Source: Girardia tigrina
Lineage: Eukaryota
NCBI GenBank assembly: GCA_001938485.1
Contig: MQRK01178639.1
Coordinates: 1-51,103, forward strand
DNA length: 51,103 nt
Direction of reading: 5' to 3'
Shown: one piece after another, positions 35,761 through 48,890 of the stretch
How positions within the stretch are numbered: position 1 is the first letter of the stretch
How the letters are laid out: the number at the start of each line of letters is the position of its first letter
Notes under the pieces: model-generated
The model's input: the letters and a program-made list of their open reading frames with translations, nothing else
Told to the model about the DNA's origin: nothing
Database searches by the model: none
Position numbers and translations under genes: made by a program

Positions 35761-35804
35761 AAGCTTTAATCAAATTATATTTTCGAAATACTAAAGTTAC
35801 ATTC

Positions 35805-36214
35805 ACAAAACACAAATTAAATTTTCTATACATTTATTGATATCACAATTTGAATTGTCACTAGGACAATTCTCCATAAAACTTTCATAGGTAGTCATCG
35901 TTCCTAATTGATAAATCTAATTCTATTTCTCAACGTCTTATTATTTAAACAACTTTAAATTACAATTTTTTACAATTCGATTTCAAAATAATTTATAATA
36001 TAAATTACAAAAATAATTTTAATTATTTTAAAAACTATTTTAGGTATTTTATTTATGATATATTCTAGTTTAATTTTTAAGTTACTTATTTAAATTTTAA
36101 AATTGATTAAATAATCTAAGGTTTAAATAATTAAAATATCAATCTTCCATCTGGGTGGGAGAAACACAATCATAAAACAGTATACAATAAGCACCATTAA
36201 AAATATTCCTCACA
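35805..36214 (-). mobile_element. LTR of the TGTGAGGAATATT family, 3' end eroded
   Basis: Reverse complement starts TGTGAGGAATATT, contains ctcccacccagatgga and the LTR-internal ORF; no TSD seen. Confidence 0.75.
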
Positions 36215-37567
36215 GTGGTAAAATTCAAAAATTGTAAATATTGTAAATCAGGGAAGCACAGAAAATATGTAAAATGATTATAAGAAAAATTATAAACAGT
36301 AAAAATTGTTGAATTGTAAAAAATGGAGTCGTAAATTATATTTGTAAAATGGAAGTTTGAGAAATTATAAAATAATAACAGTAAATTAAAATTTTTAAAA
36401 TATTCATATTTATAATGTTTAAGAAAAACAAAATTGGTTCCTCAAAAAGTTGTTTTTAGAAAACAATAATTGTGTTATAAATATATTTTTGGTGTTATGA
36501 TTTTATCTATTGATATCGAACCTAACAATTCCTAATGAAAATTACAAAAAATATTCGTCTAAGTGATGAACCACAAGAACTTTATAAATATAAGCTTTAT
36601 AAACATATTTGAACACTAAAATATAAAAGTTTTTTCATTGGAATTATTCTCAGAATCATTCTTATAATGTTTATTCAATATCTTTTTTAATTTGATACCA
36701 AAATTTTTTTCAATCAATAAATTATTGCTTCGAGTCTTTCTCCTTTTGTACTGCAAATTAACTAGGGGTAATAGAGGTGCTGGCAAATGTAAATTAAAGG
36801 TTTGCGAAGGATGGGATATGTTGCAATTAATGGTTATCTGATTGCTACAGCGAGTTGCAGATGATTCAAAATGACCTAAGACCAGAGATTTCAGATGTCT
36901 TGATAAATTTGGATTGTTTATCGAAAAACAGTAGTCGAATTTCTTGTTTTATGGATTTTTTCTTCTGGCTCGTTCGTTTAATAAATCGGGATTTTTTTTC
37001 AATTTTTCGATTTACTCGATCACTTTTGGGGTATTTTTTATTTTGACTTAATTATTAACCATGTTTTACAAGCACTATGTTGAGTCATTGTGAGGACTGT
37101 ACTATGCAGGTATATGTCACTTGGTCAACGATATTTGGTCGGAACACAGTTCGTCATCGATAATTGATCAAGGATATTTGATTGGAAAACAGTTTGTCAC
37201 CGACAATTATCGACTAGGTCCAGTATAACGTTTCCATTTATTTACATTGCAAAACATTCAGTGACTGCTAACTTCAATTTTAATTCATTTACACTGTTTT
37301 ACTCTAAAATCATTCATTTATTTATTTACTTAATTTATTTATTATTTTTAATAATTATTTATAAATTATAAATTTATTTAATTAAATTTGAATTTATTGA
37401 TTTTTATACATTTGCAAATTTGCTGCACACTCGATTTTTACATGTGCTGGGTTGATTGTATACTTATCAATACATATTGTATAAATATTGTTTTCATATT
37501 GCACACATATTGTGCAAATATTTGAAAAACTCAATTTCTTTTGACTTTTCAGAAAATTTTAAAATTG

Positions 37568-38184
37568 AATCTGACTATTCCTATATAGGTTCCTATCCAA
37601 GTGCATCAGCATAATTTTCATATTGTGCTTTTTTCTAGCTATGCAGCCTAGTCAACATAGGCAGCCTTGGGCACAGAAAAATCGATTTTTGAATTTTTTT
37701 TAAAAAATTTGATATGGATTCTGACTATTGACCTATGGATTTTTATCCAAGTGCATCAAAATAATTTTGATATTGTGCTTTCTTTGACCTCTAAAACCTA
37801 CGGGCATTTTGTACCAGTTTGCACTATAAACATTATTATAGGAAAAAAAATCAATATATCAGAATTCTAATAGCCAAGTTGGATAGAAAATCAAAATGTG
37901 CATAAAAACCAATGGACCAATAAATATTATTTTCACTACGAAAAATTGGGAAATTTTGAAATTATCAATTTCGCATACTTGCACATGTGCAGCACACTGC
38001 TCCATCGAATAGCACTTTTTGCATTGTTGTCATGGTAACGGCACCCATTGACATGATTACCGTGACAAAGTGGCGATCGATAATGCACATATTCACTATT
38101 GATTTGCACACTTGCTATATCAGTTAACACATGTGCTCCCCCAGGGGTTCTGGTGTATACCAACCACAACTACTGAAGGGTTAA
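37568..38184. mobile_element. Probable piggyBac-like terminus with a ~70-bp subterminal duplication
   Basis: Ends GGG|TTAA at 38178-38184; 37568-37635 resembles 37717-37785. The partner end was not found. Confidence 0.35.
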
Positions 38185-39119
38185 TGTTGATACAATGATC
38201 TTCATGGTACCCAAATGACCCGGACGATTTTGTTGTTTTTATTTCAGATATGAAATGAGGAAATATTTTTGTTTAAATGAAAATTTCGACTTTTTAAAAC
38301 AATTAATTAATATAGTGTTAAAAGAAAATTTTTAAAACGGATTAATTTATAAAAATTAAATAGAAATAAATAATATATGTTAATTACTAAGGTCATTGAA
38401 CAAACCTGATTCATTATAAACAATGAACGAAGGCGTCTAAAGTTCTTCGATAAATAAATAATGTAAAATGCGCCGAGAGCATTAAGAATAATATGAAGAT
38501 TAAGAATAATAAAACATGAAAACTAAAAATGATAATTTGATCCTATAACAACTTATTCAAAGAATAGTCAAAATCTTAAATTAAATTTAAAATGTTTATC
38601 AAAACCCCCTGGGAATATACTCCATAAACTTATATTGTATAACAATTTATTTATTTATATATTAAAAATTTGGAGCTACTTTACCGTGCGATATATCAAA
38701 TGAATAGGGTCCCCAGGTCCTCAATTAACTTTCAAGTAGTTGTTCTTGCTTACGTTTGATCTGATTCTTTAATTTGTTCGAAATGTGTTATCAGTCATTA
38801 TTAATAAAATCCTAGAATAATTTTTTAATTATTTTATTCAGAAATGTCGAAAACAATTAATATAATAATAGTTTTATTGATACATTTCATTAGGAGTGAC
38901 TCTCTTTGTGAGGAATATCTAAAATTGTATGTGAATGCAGTATGTTGATTTGAATATGTTGAACATAGAATAGTGATTCTCTCAGCCAGATGGATATTGG
39001 TAATTTTTGTATTTGCAGTGATTGACCATTCGAACATTATTAAAATAATAATTTGATAAGTTCATATTTTTTAAATTAACAATTTGAATTAAGTTTATAA
39101 TTTGTAAGAAAAGAAAAGC

Positions 39120-39601
39120 TATTACGAACATTTAAACAAGTCTCATTTAAATTTTTATTACAATCACATTTAGAGTCATTATGACTCTTAGAAAGTCTTT
39201 CATCGTTTCTCATCCTTCTAATTTGTTTTCTTATTTCTGTTTTTAATCATGATTATTCGAACATTTTTTCTATGTTATTTTTTAAAATATTTAACCTCTA
39301 AAAATATTAATTAAAAAATAATAATTTTACCATTTCTCAATAAATCCCAAAAATTATTAAAAATGCATTTAATTTAAATTTCACTAACAATTATTATACT
39401 TAATTTTAATTGTGAAATTAAAAATATGAACTTATCATATGATTATTTTAATTATGTTCGAATAGTTAATCCTTTAAATTTAATAAAAAAATACCAATTT
39501 CCATCTGGGTGGGAGAATCACCATTCTAAATTCAACATACTTAAATCAACATACCGCATCCATACATTTACACATTCAAACAAATTAAAATATTCCTCAT
39601 A
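39120..39601 (-). mobile_element. Solo LTR with 5-bp TSD AAAGC, inserted antisense into a sister LTR
   Basis: aaagc flanks at 39115-39119 and 39602-39606. Confidence 0.82.
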
Positions 39602-40005
39602 AAAGCATTTAATTAAATTTAAATAAATTTAATAAGATTTAAATTAAAATCCTTTTTAATGATTTGATAAGATTTTTATAATTTTGTGTTTTTATTTAGA
39701 AATGATTTAAATTATTATTTTTAATTAATATTTTTAGAAATAAAATATTTTGAAAAGATTTAGAAAAATTGTTCGAATAGTCATGATTAAAAATAGTAAA
39801 AGCGAAATAAATCAGAGCAATGTCAAATGATGAAAGATCTTCTGAGAGTTTTAATGACCATAAATGTGATAGTAATAAAAATTCAAATGAGAATTGTCTC
39901 AATGTTCTTAATATGGCGACACATGACCACGTGACACCAATTATCAGAGGACTGAAGACATTCGATGGGTCAGAAGTAAAATTAGAAGAATTCCATATAA
40001 CCTTC

Positions 40006-43000
40006 TGTAAGAATTTTCCATCAATAATTAATAAATCGAAATTTCAAAAATTTATTCTTATTTAAAAAGTGCGCGTTTTTTGTTTATTTAAACAAAAATC
40101 ATCAAGAGACTTAATCTAGAATATTTTGGATCCATTATTATAATATTTGGGATAATACTCCTTTTTGATAACACTGCTCCTATCATATCAAAAGAAGCAT
40201 CAGTGTCTAATATAAATTCTTACCCAAAATCAGGATAACAAAGTATTGGGGCCGATATTAGTGCTTCCTTTAGTTTTTAAATGCCACTGAGTGTGAATCT
40301 GACCAATGCACCATGTCTTTCGAACTTCCACACATTTCTTCCAATAGTTTTGATAGTTTTGAATAATTTGGTATAAATTTTCTATAATAATTACATAGTC
40401 CCAAGAAACTTCGCAATGTCTTTATACATTTTGGTTGTTCGAATTCCACTATCAATTTTATTTTGTCTGGATCAGTCTTAATTCCGTCTCTCTTCACTAT
40501 ATGCCCCAAAAATCGTAGTTCTTTTTGAAAGAATCTACATTTTTCTGGATTTATTCTCAGTCCAGCCATTTCTATTCGTGCAAATAGTTTTTCCAACCTT
40601 TCCATGTGCTCCATTTCGATTTTCGAAAAAATCAAAATGTCGTCAAGATAGACCAGGGCTTCTTTCCACAATATCTCTTTCAAAACATCTCTCATAATCT
40701 TCTGAAATGTTGCTCGTGCAGCTGCAATGCCAAACAGCATTCTTGTGAAGCAATACTGTCCCATTTTAGTTGAAAATGCTGTTTTCAACTTTGAAGAATC
40801 TTCTAATTCTATTTGATAGTAGGCATTTCCCAGGTCAATGGAACTGAACCATTTCATTCCTCTTAATGAATCTAACATTTCCTCGATGTTTGGTATAGGA
40901 AAGGGCGGCCTCTCTGTCACTTGATTCACCAACCTGAAATTCAAACATAAACGAATTATCTTCTTTTCTTTTTTCCAAACACACACCATCGGTGTGTTCC
41001 ATGGTGATGAGCATTTCTCTATTATCCCGTGTCGTTCCAAATTACGAACAGCATCATCTATATGACTTTCTAAATGAGTTGGTTGTCTACGCGGTTTCTG
41101 TAGTATTGGTTGCCCTGATGTCTTAATTCAATGTTTTACTAATGATGTCTAACCAATGTCCCATCCTCCAGCCATAAAAATATTTTTAAATTTTTTAATA
41201 CATGTGTATAGTTTGTTATCCTCATTTAAATTTAATTTTTCTTTAGCATTTAGAATTCTCATTTCATCTGTATATTTCAACTTATCTATATACGGATTTA
41301 GAGCGCATACTTCTCTATCGGTTTCAATTATATTTTTATCATTTCCATTTATCCACCTCTAAATTCCATCTCAATTCCAACCCGATAGTTCTTATCAAGG
41401 TTATTCCGAAAATAATTGATGGGAACACTGTTTGTGAAACAAAATAACTGGTTCACTTTCTTATTTCTCCATACTATTATAATATTACATGTACCTAGTA
41501 TTTCCATTCCACTTCCGTTGGCACACACAACTGATGATATAACATTCCTATTTATTCTAACCTGTAATTTTTCAGCAATTTTCTTGTCCAGTACATTAAT
41601 ACGAGCTCCAGTGTCCAATAAACAATTCATCTCTATTCCGTCCATCCTAGCTTTAATACTGGGTCTTCCATTAAACTCCAAATAGTCTAGTTTCTCACTC
41701 GAACAAATTTCAAATTTAAATATCGCGGCATCTTGAACTATATTATCATTAAAATTTCCCGTATAGGGCATTATGTCTTTATAATAATTATTATTATTAT
41801 TATTAAAACTACATATACTATAATTATTATGCAATATATTATCATTAAAATTATTATAATTAAAATTACATTTACAGTTACTAATATTACAAATACTTAG
41901 ATCCAAAACATTCTTACTTTTTAATTTATGGCTCATATCATCTCTTGACTTGATAAAGCCTCCGAGTTTACCGATCTGTCGCCTTCGCAACTGTTTGTTT
42001 CATCCATTTCATCGATTCCAGCGACTGGTGCTTTGTATCGGTTTGGTTGCCATCTTTTCTGATCTCGGTGTACATTCAGTGCTTTTTGTTTGTAACACTG
42101 GTACCATAAATAACCTGGAGCGTTGCAATTTGAACATTTAAGGTACGGGCATTCTCTCCGAATATGTCCTTTACCTCGGCACCAATAACCTATTTTGGAA
42201 TTTTCTGGACATTCCAGTTTCATGTGTCCATGTTTCATATAATTAAAACATTCAAAAACTTTACCGTAGTGTCCACTATATTGTCGGTGAATCATTTGTT
42301 TGGGCGTTTCATTTCTTTTTGTGAAGTCTGGTCGAGACATCCTTGTCTGTTGGAATCTTGGCTGATTGACATAATTCGATCTATCCTCTAATATATTCGC
42401 GAACGTTTTCTGTCGTTGTATTTGGGCAATTTCGTTAATATAGACTTCGGCCTTAATATTTTTCATTTTCTCGATGACAGCTTTGATAGATTTGGGTGCT
42501 TTTGCTTCTTGTATGTAGATTTGTGTCTTCACTAACACATCTTCAACACAATGGGTCAAATAATATGTCATTAGCTCCTGTTTGTTTAATTTGTGTAACA
42601 GGATCTTGTCCACCATCTTCTCTATTCTGTTACGGTATACTGTTGCTGAATCTGTTCCTTTTCTTTAATTCAAAATTTCATTGAGGTCTTGTATTAACGA
42701 TGTCGGACGTTTAAACGCCTTCCGCAATCTGTCGGAGAAATCTGAGATTTTGAAATCCACCGCTTCGTAAGTGGTAAGCATATCTCTACTTATGAATGCC
42801 TTGACCATTGTCACTTGGATGGCTTCATTGATCTGGGCGACTTCAAAAAATCTTCAACTTCGGATATAAAGTCTTCAATATCCTACGATCCATCATAACT
42901 TTTTGGAGCCAGATTGCCTATAACACTGGCCGTGGTCGCCATATAAGAATTTTCCATCAATAATTAATAAATCGAAATTTCAAAAATTTATTCTTATTTA

Positions 43001-43117
43001 AAAAGTGCGCGTTTTTGTTTATTTAAACAAAAATCATCAAGAGACTTAATTCAGAATATTTTTGATGCATTATTTAATATTTTAAATGTTATCTTAGTAT
43101 AGTAAAAATAATATAAA
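40006..43117 (-). mobile_element. Second Ty3/gypsy family: LTRs (40006-~40140 and 42942-~43117), gag, protease, RT, partial RNase H; integrase deleted
   Basis: Direct repeat taagaattttccatcaataatt...; PBS TGGCGACCA; three CCHC knuckles; LLDTGA; VYLDDILIFS; LRSFLGLCNYYRKFI. Confidence 0.92.
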
Positions 43118-44950
43118 TATAGATATAGTTATTTATCCTTAATGAATAAAGAAAGGCAATATTAGTTTACAGCATTCATGACCCTGGAGGCGATAAGGAA
43201 ATACAGGGAAATACAAGGAGACAGCTGGGAAACAAGAATGAGAAGTGCATTCTCGAAAGAGAAAAATATTTTGGAGATAATGAAGGAGTTTGTAGAGATT
43301 AGAATCGGGGATAAAAATCTATCAAAAGTGCTGGGGTTCCTTTTGGTGAACTTTAAATTTTTGATATTTTTAAATTTTTTATATTTTTAAAAATCATATT
43401 TGTATTTTGAATAAATTGAAAATAATGTTCGATTAATCAAAAGGAAATAATTCTTTAAAATAAAAACTTTTAAAGTCTTAAAAAAAGAACAAGCTCATTC
43501 TTTAAATTTTTGGAAATAATTAATTGTTATAAATCTCTAAAATAAAAAAATATTTAAAATCAAAAGTTTTAAACAATTATTAGTAAAAAATATTTTATTT
43601 AATTTTAAAAAGTTAATTTCATAAATAATTGAATTTTAATTGTTTTGCATTTATTTTAAGAGTTATTCTGAAGAATTTTTTGTTGAAAATTTTCGTTGTC
43701 AGAGATGTAATAAAAATAGATAATTTAAAGTTAAAAGGCAGTTGGAAATTCTGCAAATTAAAATTCGATAAATAATAGATAAAATAATCCAGAACATAGA
43801 ACTGAGGAATGTTACACGAATTTGAATAAACGATATCAAGGAAGAACTGATTATCAAAGGAGAACCCAATGAGATAGCCGACAATTCTCAGATGCACAAA
43901 CGAAAAGCTCAGGAAACCGGAACTCAGATGACTACAGAAGAGGGTTCGAAAGAAGAAGACAGATCGTGATGATGGAGAAGGAAAAAAACGCAGGAGAGCG
44001 AGAACATATAGAAAAAAACGAATTGTGCCGAGACGATGAGGAACCGATCTTGACACTAGAGTAAGTTCTCATTTGCATGAACCAGATCATATAAATTATA
44101 TATATAAGTAGTAGTAATATAAATTATATAAATAAAATAAATAATAAAGTTGATATCAATAATATAAATGCTAAAATTAAGAAAAATAATCAAAAAGAAC
44201 AAAGTGAACCAAAACCCCATCAGGAATGAGAAGTAAGTCAGAAAGTCGTGAAATTTATAAAAAAAAAGAATCATTTGGTGATAGAGAATTGCAAATAATT
44301 AATAATTGTGAAAATGTTCCAATTACATACGATAAATTACAGGGCTGGATAAATTTCAAAATTAGTTCAGCATGTTGTGTGCGCAATTTATATCTTTCAA
44401 AACGCACACGCTGCCCAAGACCGCCGGCTAATTCTGTCGCGGCGTCACCTGATTGGTCGCGTGTACTGAAGGATGTGCTCATCCGGATCAAACGATTATA
44501 GTGGTTGATTCGTGGTTTGTTCATTGTAATTTATTTCTTATTGTTGCAGCTTCTATTGTTGGATGAAGGTGCATCTGTGCGGTTGATTGTGTTCCACCCG
44601 ATCCTCAGGTCGCCCCCAGAGTCGGACGGAGATAGCAGGGTTGCACAGGAAATTTTGTGGTTGAATTGCCCATTTATTGAGAAGTGAATAAAAAATAACA
44701 CCGATCCTGTTTTCGTTTGTCGAATTCGATTTGTCGTTAAATCTTTCGAATCTTTCACAGAATATTTTAACAATTTCAGTATCGATTTTCGAATTGATTG
44801 ATTCATTTCATTGATTTCGCTTTGTAAAAATTAATCTTATTGGAGTAATTTTTTCTAAAAGCATTTTGCTTTCTATTTAAATCATTGTAAGTTTAATCCA
44901 ACACCGACATTCGCATATCATACAGAAACACTGCGCCGTTTATTTGATTA

Positions 44951-46608
44951 CACAGTGTAACACATTTTTTGCCCGGCTGTTAATTTATTCGTGTCCTATA
45001 CCATTTTGACACGCTGAAAATGAATTCGATAATCATTTTTTTCCTCCGTCCTTGGTTTGGCAAAAATTTGAAAAAATAAACATTTTTTGATATTTCATTT
45101 TTATTACAGCCATATTTCAAAGTTTTTGTCTAAATTCTTTTTCTGNNNNNNNNNNNNNNNNNNNNNNNNNNNNNNNNNNNNNNNNNNNNNNNNNNAAAAT
45201 TTGAAAAAATAAACATTTTTTGATATTTCATTTTTATTACAGCCATATTTCAAAGTTTTTGTCTAAATTCTTTTTCTGTCGGGCTTCTATTTTTCATTAG
45301 CAGATGTATATACCTCTCGTATATGTATATGTGGAGATTTCAAAATGTTGGGATTTTTGACTGGCTTACAAGGAGGATATACAAAGTATTGTTGCTTTTT
45401 ATGCTTGTGGGATAGTAGAGCTACGTCTAAACACTACGTNNNNNNNNNNNNNNNNNNNNNNNNNNNNNNNNNNNNNNNNNNNNNNNNNNNNNNACATACA
45501 CCCTTAGTCCAAAGGGAAAAGGTGCTATTGCCACCGCTTCACATCACTTTGGGTTTGATAAAGCAATTTATCAAAGCGCTGGACAGAGATGGCCCTACTC
45601 TTACGTTCATTCGAAGTATGTTTCCCAAAGTTACAGACGCGAAAATTAATGAGGGGGTCTTTATTGGCCCTCAGGTGAGGAAAATGCTTGCATCTCAAGA
45701 GCTCCAGCGCAAAATGAAGCCAGTGGAGAAGAGAGCTTGGTGTTCCTTGAGAAATGTTGTCAATGGATTTTTGGGAAACTCTAAAAGTGACAATTACAAA
45801 CAGCTGGTCAATGACTTACTGCTGCGGTACAAGCANNNNNNNNNNNNNNNNNNNNNNNNNNNNNNNNNNNNNNNNNNNNNNNNNNNNNNNNNNNNNNNNN
45901 NNNNNNNNNNNNNNNNNNNNNNNNNNNNNNNNNNNNNNNNNNNNNNNNNNAAAAGTCATGGAAGAGCGATATCAAGGACGCTGGAATGCTTCAATGATGG
46001 GCGATTATGTCTGGAATTTGATGAGAAGTGGTGAATCTCTTTACAACAGACAGTCTCGATCAAATGTGCCCTTTTGATTGACTTCATTGTTGTTCTTTCG
46101 AGATTGTCTCATTGTGTAGGACTGAATTATAATTCAATACTTTGTATCATTCACTTTGAATCATTCGCATTGTATCATTAAATTTTGTATCATTCACTTT
46201 TGTATCATTCACTTTGTATCATTCACTTTGTATCATTCACTTTGTATCATTCACTTTGTATCATTCGCTTTGTATCATTCACTTTGTATCATTCACTACT
46301 TTGTATCATTCACTACTTTCTATAATTATAATTATGTGTTCTCATCGACTCAGATTACTGTTTNNNNNNNNNNNNNNNNNNNNNNNNNNNNNNNNNNNNN
46401 NNNNNNNNNNNNNNNNNNNNNNNNNNNNNNNNNNNNNNNNNNNNNNNNNNNNNNNNNNNNNNNNNAGTTTATCATTTTTGATTTTCTGAAAAATGCCGGG
46501 ACACAGGTGAAAAACGGAGATCAAAATCGTGATCAGCGCATAAAAGTGACCCTATAAACATTGAAAACTTAAGCCGGGCAGACAAAAAAAAATTTTTGTT
46601 ACACAGTG
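44951..46608 (+). mobile_element. Chapaev3-type (CMC) DNA transposon, internally deleted
   Basis: tta|CACAGTGTAACA...GCCCGGCT and AGCCGGGC...TGTTACACAGTG|tta (3-bp TTA TSD); transposase GLQGGYTKYCCFLCLWDSRA, LLPPLHI and MEERYQGRW. Confidence 0.82.
46138..46320 (+). repeat. Minisatellite, 14-bp unit actttgtatcattc (about a dozen imperfect copies)
   Basis: Visible tandem repeat; it explains the HFVSFTLY ORFs. Confidence 0.92.
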
Positions 46609-47109
46609 TTATTTATTCTCATTGAACATATTTCACTATTAATATTTCGATTGTTTATCGCCATTTTATTTAATTGCGAATAATTTGTCGTCAAGCGAAA
46701 ATCAGAATCGATAGAAGCGATTAGAATTAATTATTCAAATTGAGTTACGATTTAAAATTAAATTTAATAAAATCGATCGATCAATAGCAGATTTATCTTC
46801 TCGAACAAATTCGAATATTTTCAATACAATTTCTTCAAGCAAAATAATCAATTCAAGTCACGTGATCGATTTTATTTTTTAATTACACAAAACTATTCGC
46901 TTTCACATGTCGATTTAATTACTTCAGTAAAACAAAACCCAAGGTCATAATGTTCTTTTGATACAAAAACCAAATTTTTTTAAAACTCAAACGAAAAATT
47001 GTTTTTTTCAAGTAAATGTCAAAGGCTCAACTTTCTTTTCAATTTGATTTGATTTTCTTTTGATAATATAAATAACGATAATAATTTAATTTAAAATATA
47101 ATAATTCAA

Positions 47110-47590
47110 ATGTTCGAATCCCGAAAAGATTGCATGTTTGTAAGTTTGCTCTTATTTGTTCGTTATTTCTTATTTATTTATCATAGATGCATTGCGGGTG
47201 TGTCGCCTATTTTCTATTCAGCTTCTCAGAATATCCTGCACGGACAGGTGGAGGGTCAACCGACCATTACAAAATTGAATTTCAAAAACTGTAAGTCTTG
47301 TATAAACTTGTTTGTTATAATTAAGTTCTGTGGATTGATCCAGGGCTCAGATCAACGGTCTTCGAAGGGAAGTGACAAGGCTTTAACGGGGTTGCCTTTG
47401 GTGTGGTAATGGTGACAATCCACTCAGGGATCGACACGCACTCTCGACATTCGATGCCGTTTTCACAGGGTTCCTAAGTAAGTTATTATTACTTTTCGGG
47501 CTCTGGTTATTATGTTTCGATTTTTAGCTCGCAGCAACTTTCAGGGGAGGTTTTGGCGGTATTCTTCGATCGAATGACGCTGATTTCAAA
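47110..47590 (+). other. Putative spliced locus with three short introns and no long ORF
   Basis: GTAAGT...AG AT-rich segments at 47140-47186, 47291-47325 and 47478-47527 separate GC-richer blocks. Confidence 0.45.
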
Positions 47591-48890
47591 TATATGTTTT
47601 ATTCTCAATAAACCTTTCATATGTTATTCGGTTCTAATGCTCCTCATATAGGTTTTATTGTTTTGCAAATGTGGGTTTCTATGTTTAGATAGTTTGTTTT
47701 ATTAACATTTTGCGTCGTAACATATAGAACTAATTTATAGAATTATATCTAGAACTTTATGTATAGAACTATGTATCAATAGAAATAAGTATAGTTTTAT
47801 ATTTAAGTATTTAATGAACAACTTTTCATAACAATTAATGAGAAGGGTGAGCTAGAAAAGTGCTTATAATGGTGTCTACATTTATATGTGAAATCGCATC
47901 CTGTGGGTCCAATCGAGATTGATATTTTGTTTTAATTGCCACTAATTTAGAAAATACAGTTTCGCATAAAGTAGGTTGATGCTAATTGGATCAAAATTTT
48001 TATCGTCTTCTTTAAATCGGTGTATCCAGATATTAACCAAATTTTTTGGCAACTCGTAATATTTCATCGTTTGAAATATCTATTAATTCTTTTTTTTCAG
48101 TTAAAGTGATATTTGAATTTAAAATATCAAACTAGAATGGGTCGCAAATCCAACCTAATTCTTTATTTGGAAATTTTTCAAATCTTTTTGAAAAGTTTTC
48201 TATCATTTTATTAAATGTCCAGAAATCATATTTTTAAATCATTTTACATCAATATTAGTTTCTTTGGCAAATTCGGCAGAGCATGGGAACATTTCTGTAT
48301 TATTTTTATTTTTGTTTTGATAAATAAATTTCTTCAAATTTTGCGACCCCAAAAAATCTGTTCGCGACCCCTAGTTTACGCACCACTGCTCTAGATTACG
48401 AATCTTCAAACGTTAGACTCTGCGTGTCAATAGGGTCACCCCATAGAAAGTTAAATTAAATACGAGTACGTTTAGAGACGTTTCCTGAAGTTAGAGCAAA
48501 AATATTTGACAGTTCCGCAAATGTATATTCATTTTTATTGTTTGAGTTAAAAAGAAATATAATGTTACAAATCTTATTTTATAAATGAAGGTTATTATTA
48601 AATATTTTCCTTAAAAATAAATATATATACATAAAATTTGTTAACTGGTCTTAGGACGGTCAAGTTTGCTAGCAAACTTAATTATTGGTAATCATTGTAA
48701 ATTAACAAAAACATATTTCAGATATTATTATAATTATAAACGATGTACAAAAATAATTTCGTAAATTTGATAATCTTTAGAAAATTTTGGAAATTTCCTT
48801 ATTTAGAAAATCTATAAAAATAATATTTTAATAATAAATTTGTTCAAATAAATAATTAATCCGATTCATATCTTTGACAAACATCTCAGA

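Larger units (their letters stand above)
38907..44060 (+). mobile_element. Ty3/gypsy element (5' LTR 38907-39913, PBS, gag) split by nested insertions
   Basis: gag MATHDHVTPIIRGLKTFDGSEVKLEEF breaks at 40005 and resumes at ~43118 (MTLEAIRKY...AFSKEKNILEIMKE), collinear with the gag at 29345-29884; knuckle remnant HRTEECY near 43800. Confidence 0.78.

Noticed and set aside
43619-44056. 145-aa hydrophobic minus-strand ORF
   Set aside because: Antisense of purine-rich gag remnant and AT-rich DNA.
45063-45278. 83-bp direct repeat either side of an N-gap
   Set aside because: Typical unmerged contig overlap; treated as an assembly artefact.
46138-46320. Regular repeats that might be a CRISPR array
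   Set aside because: Head-to-tail 14-bp units with no unique spacers, inside a eukaryotic transposon; no cas genes.
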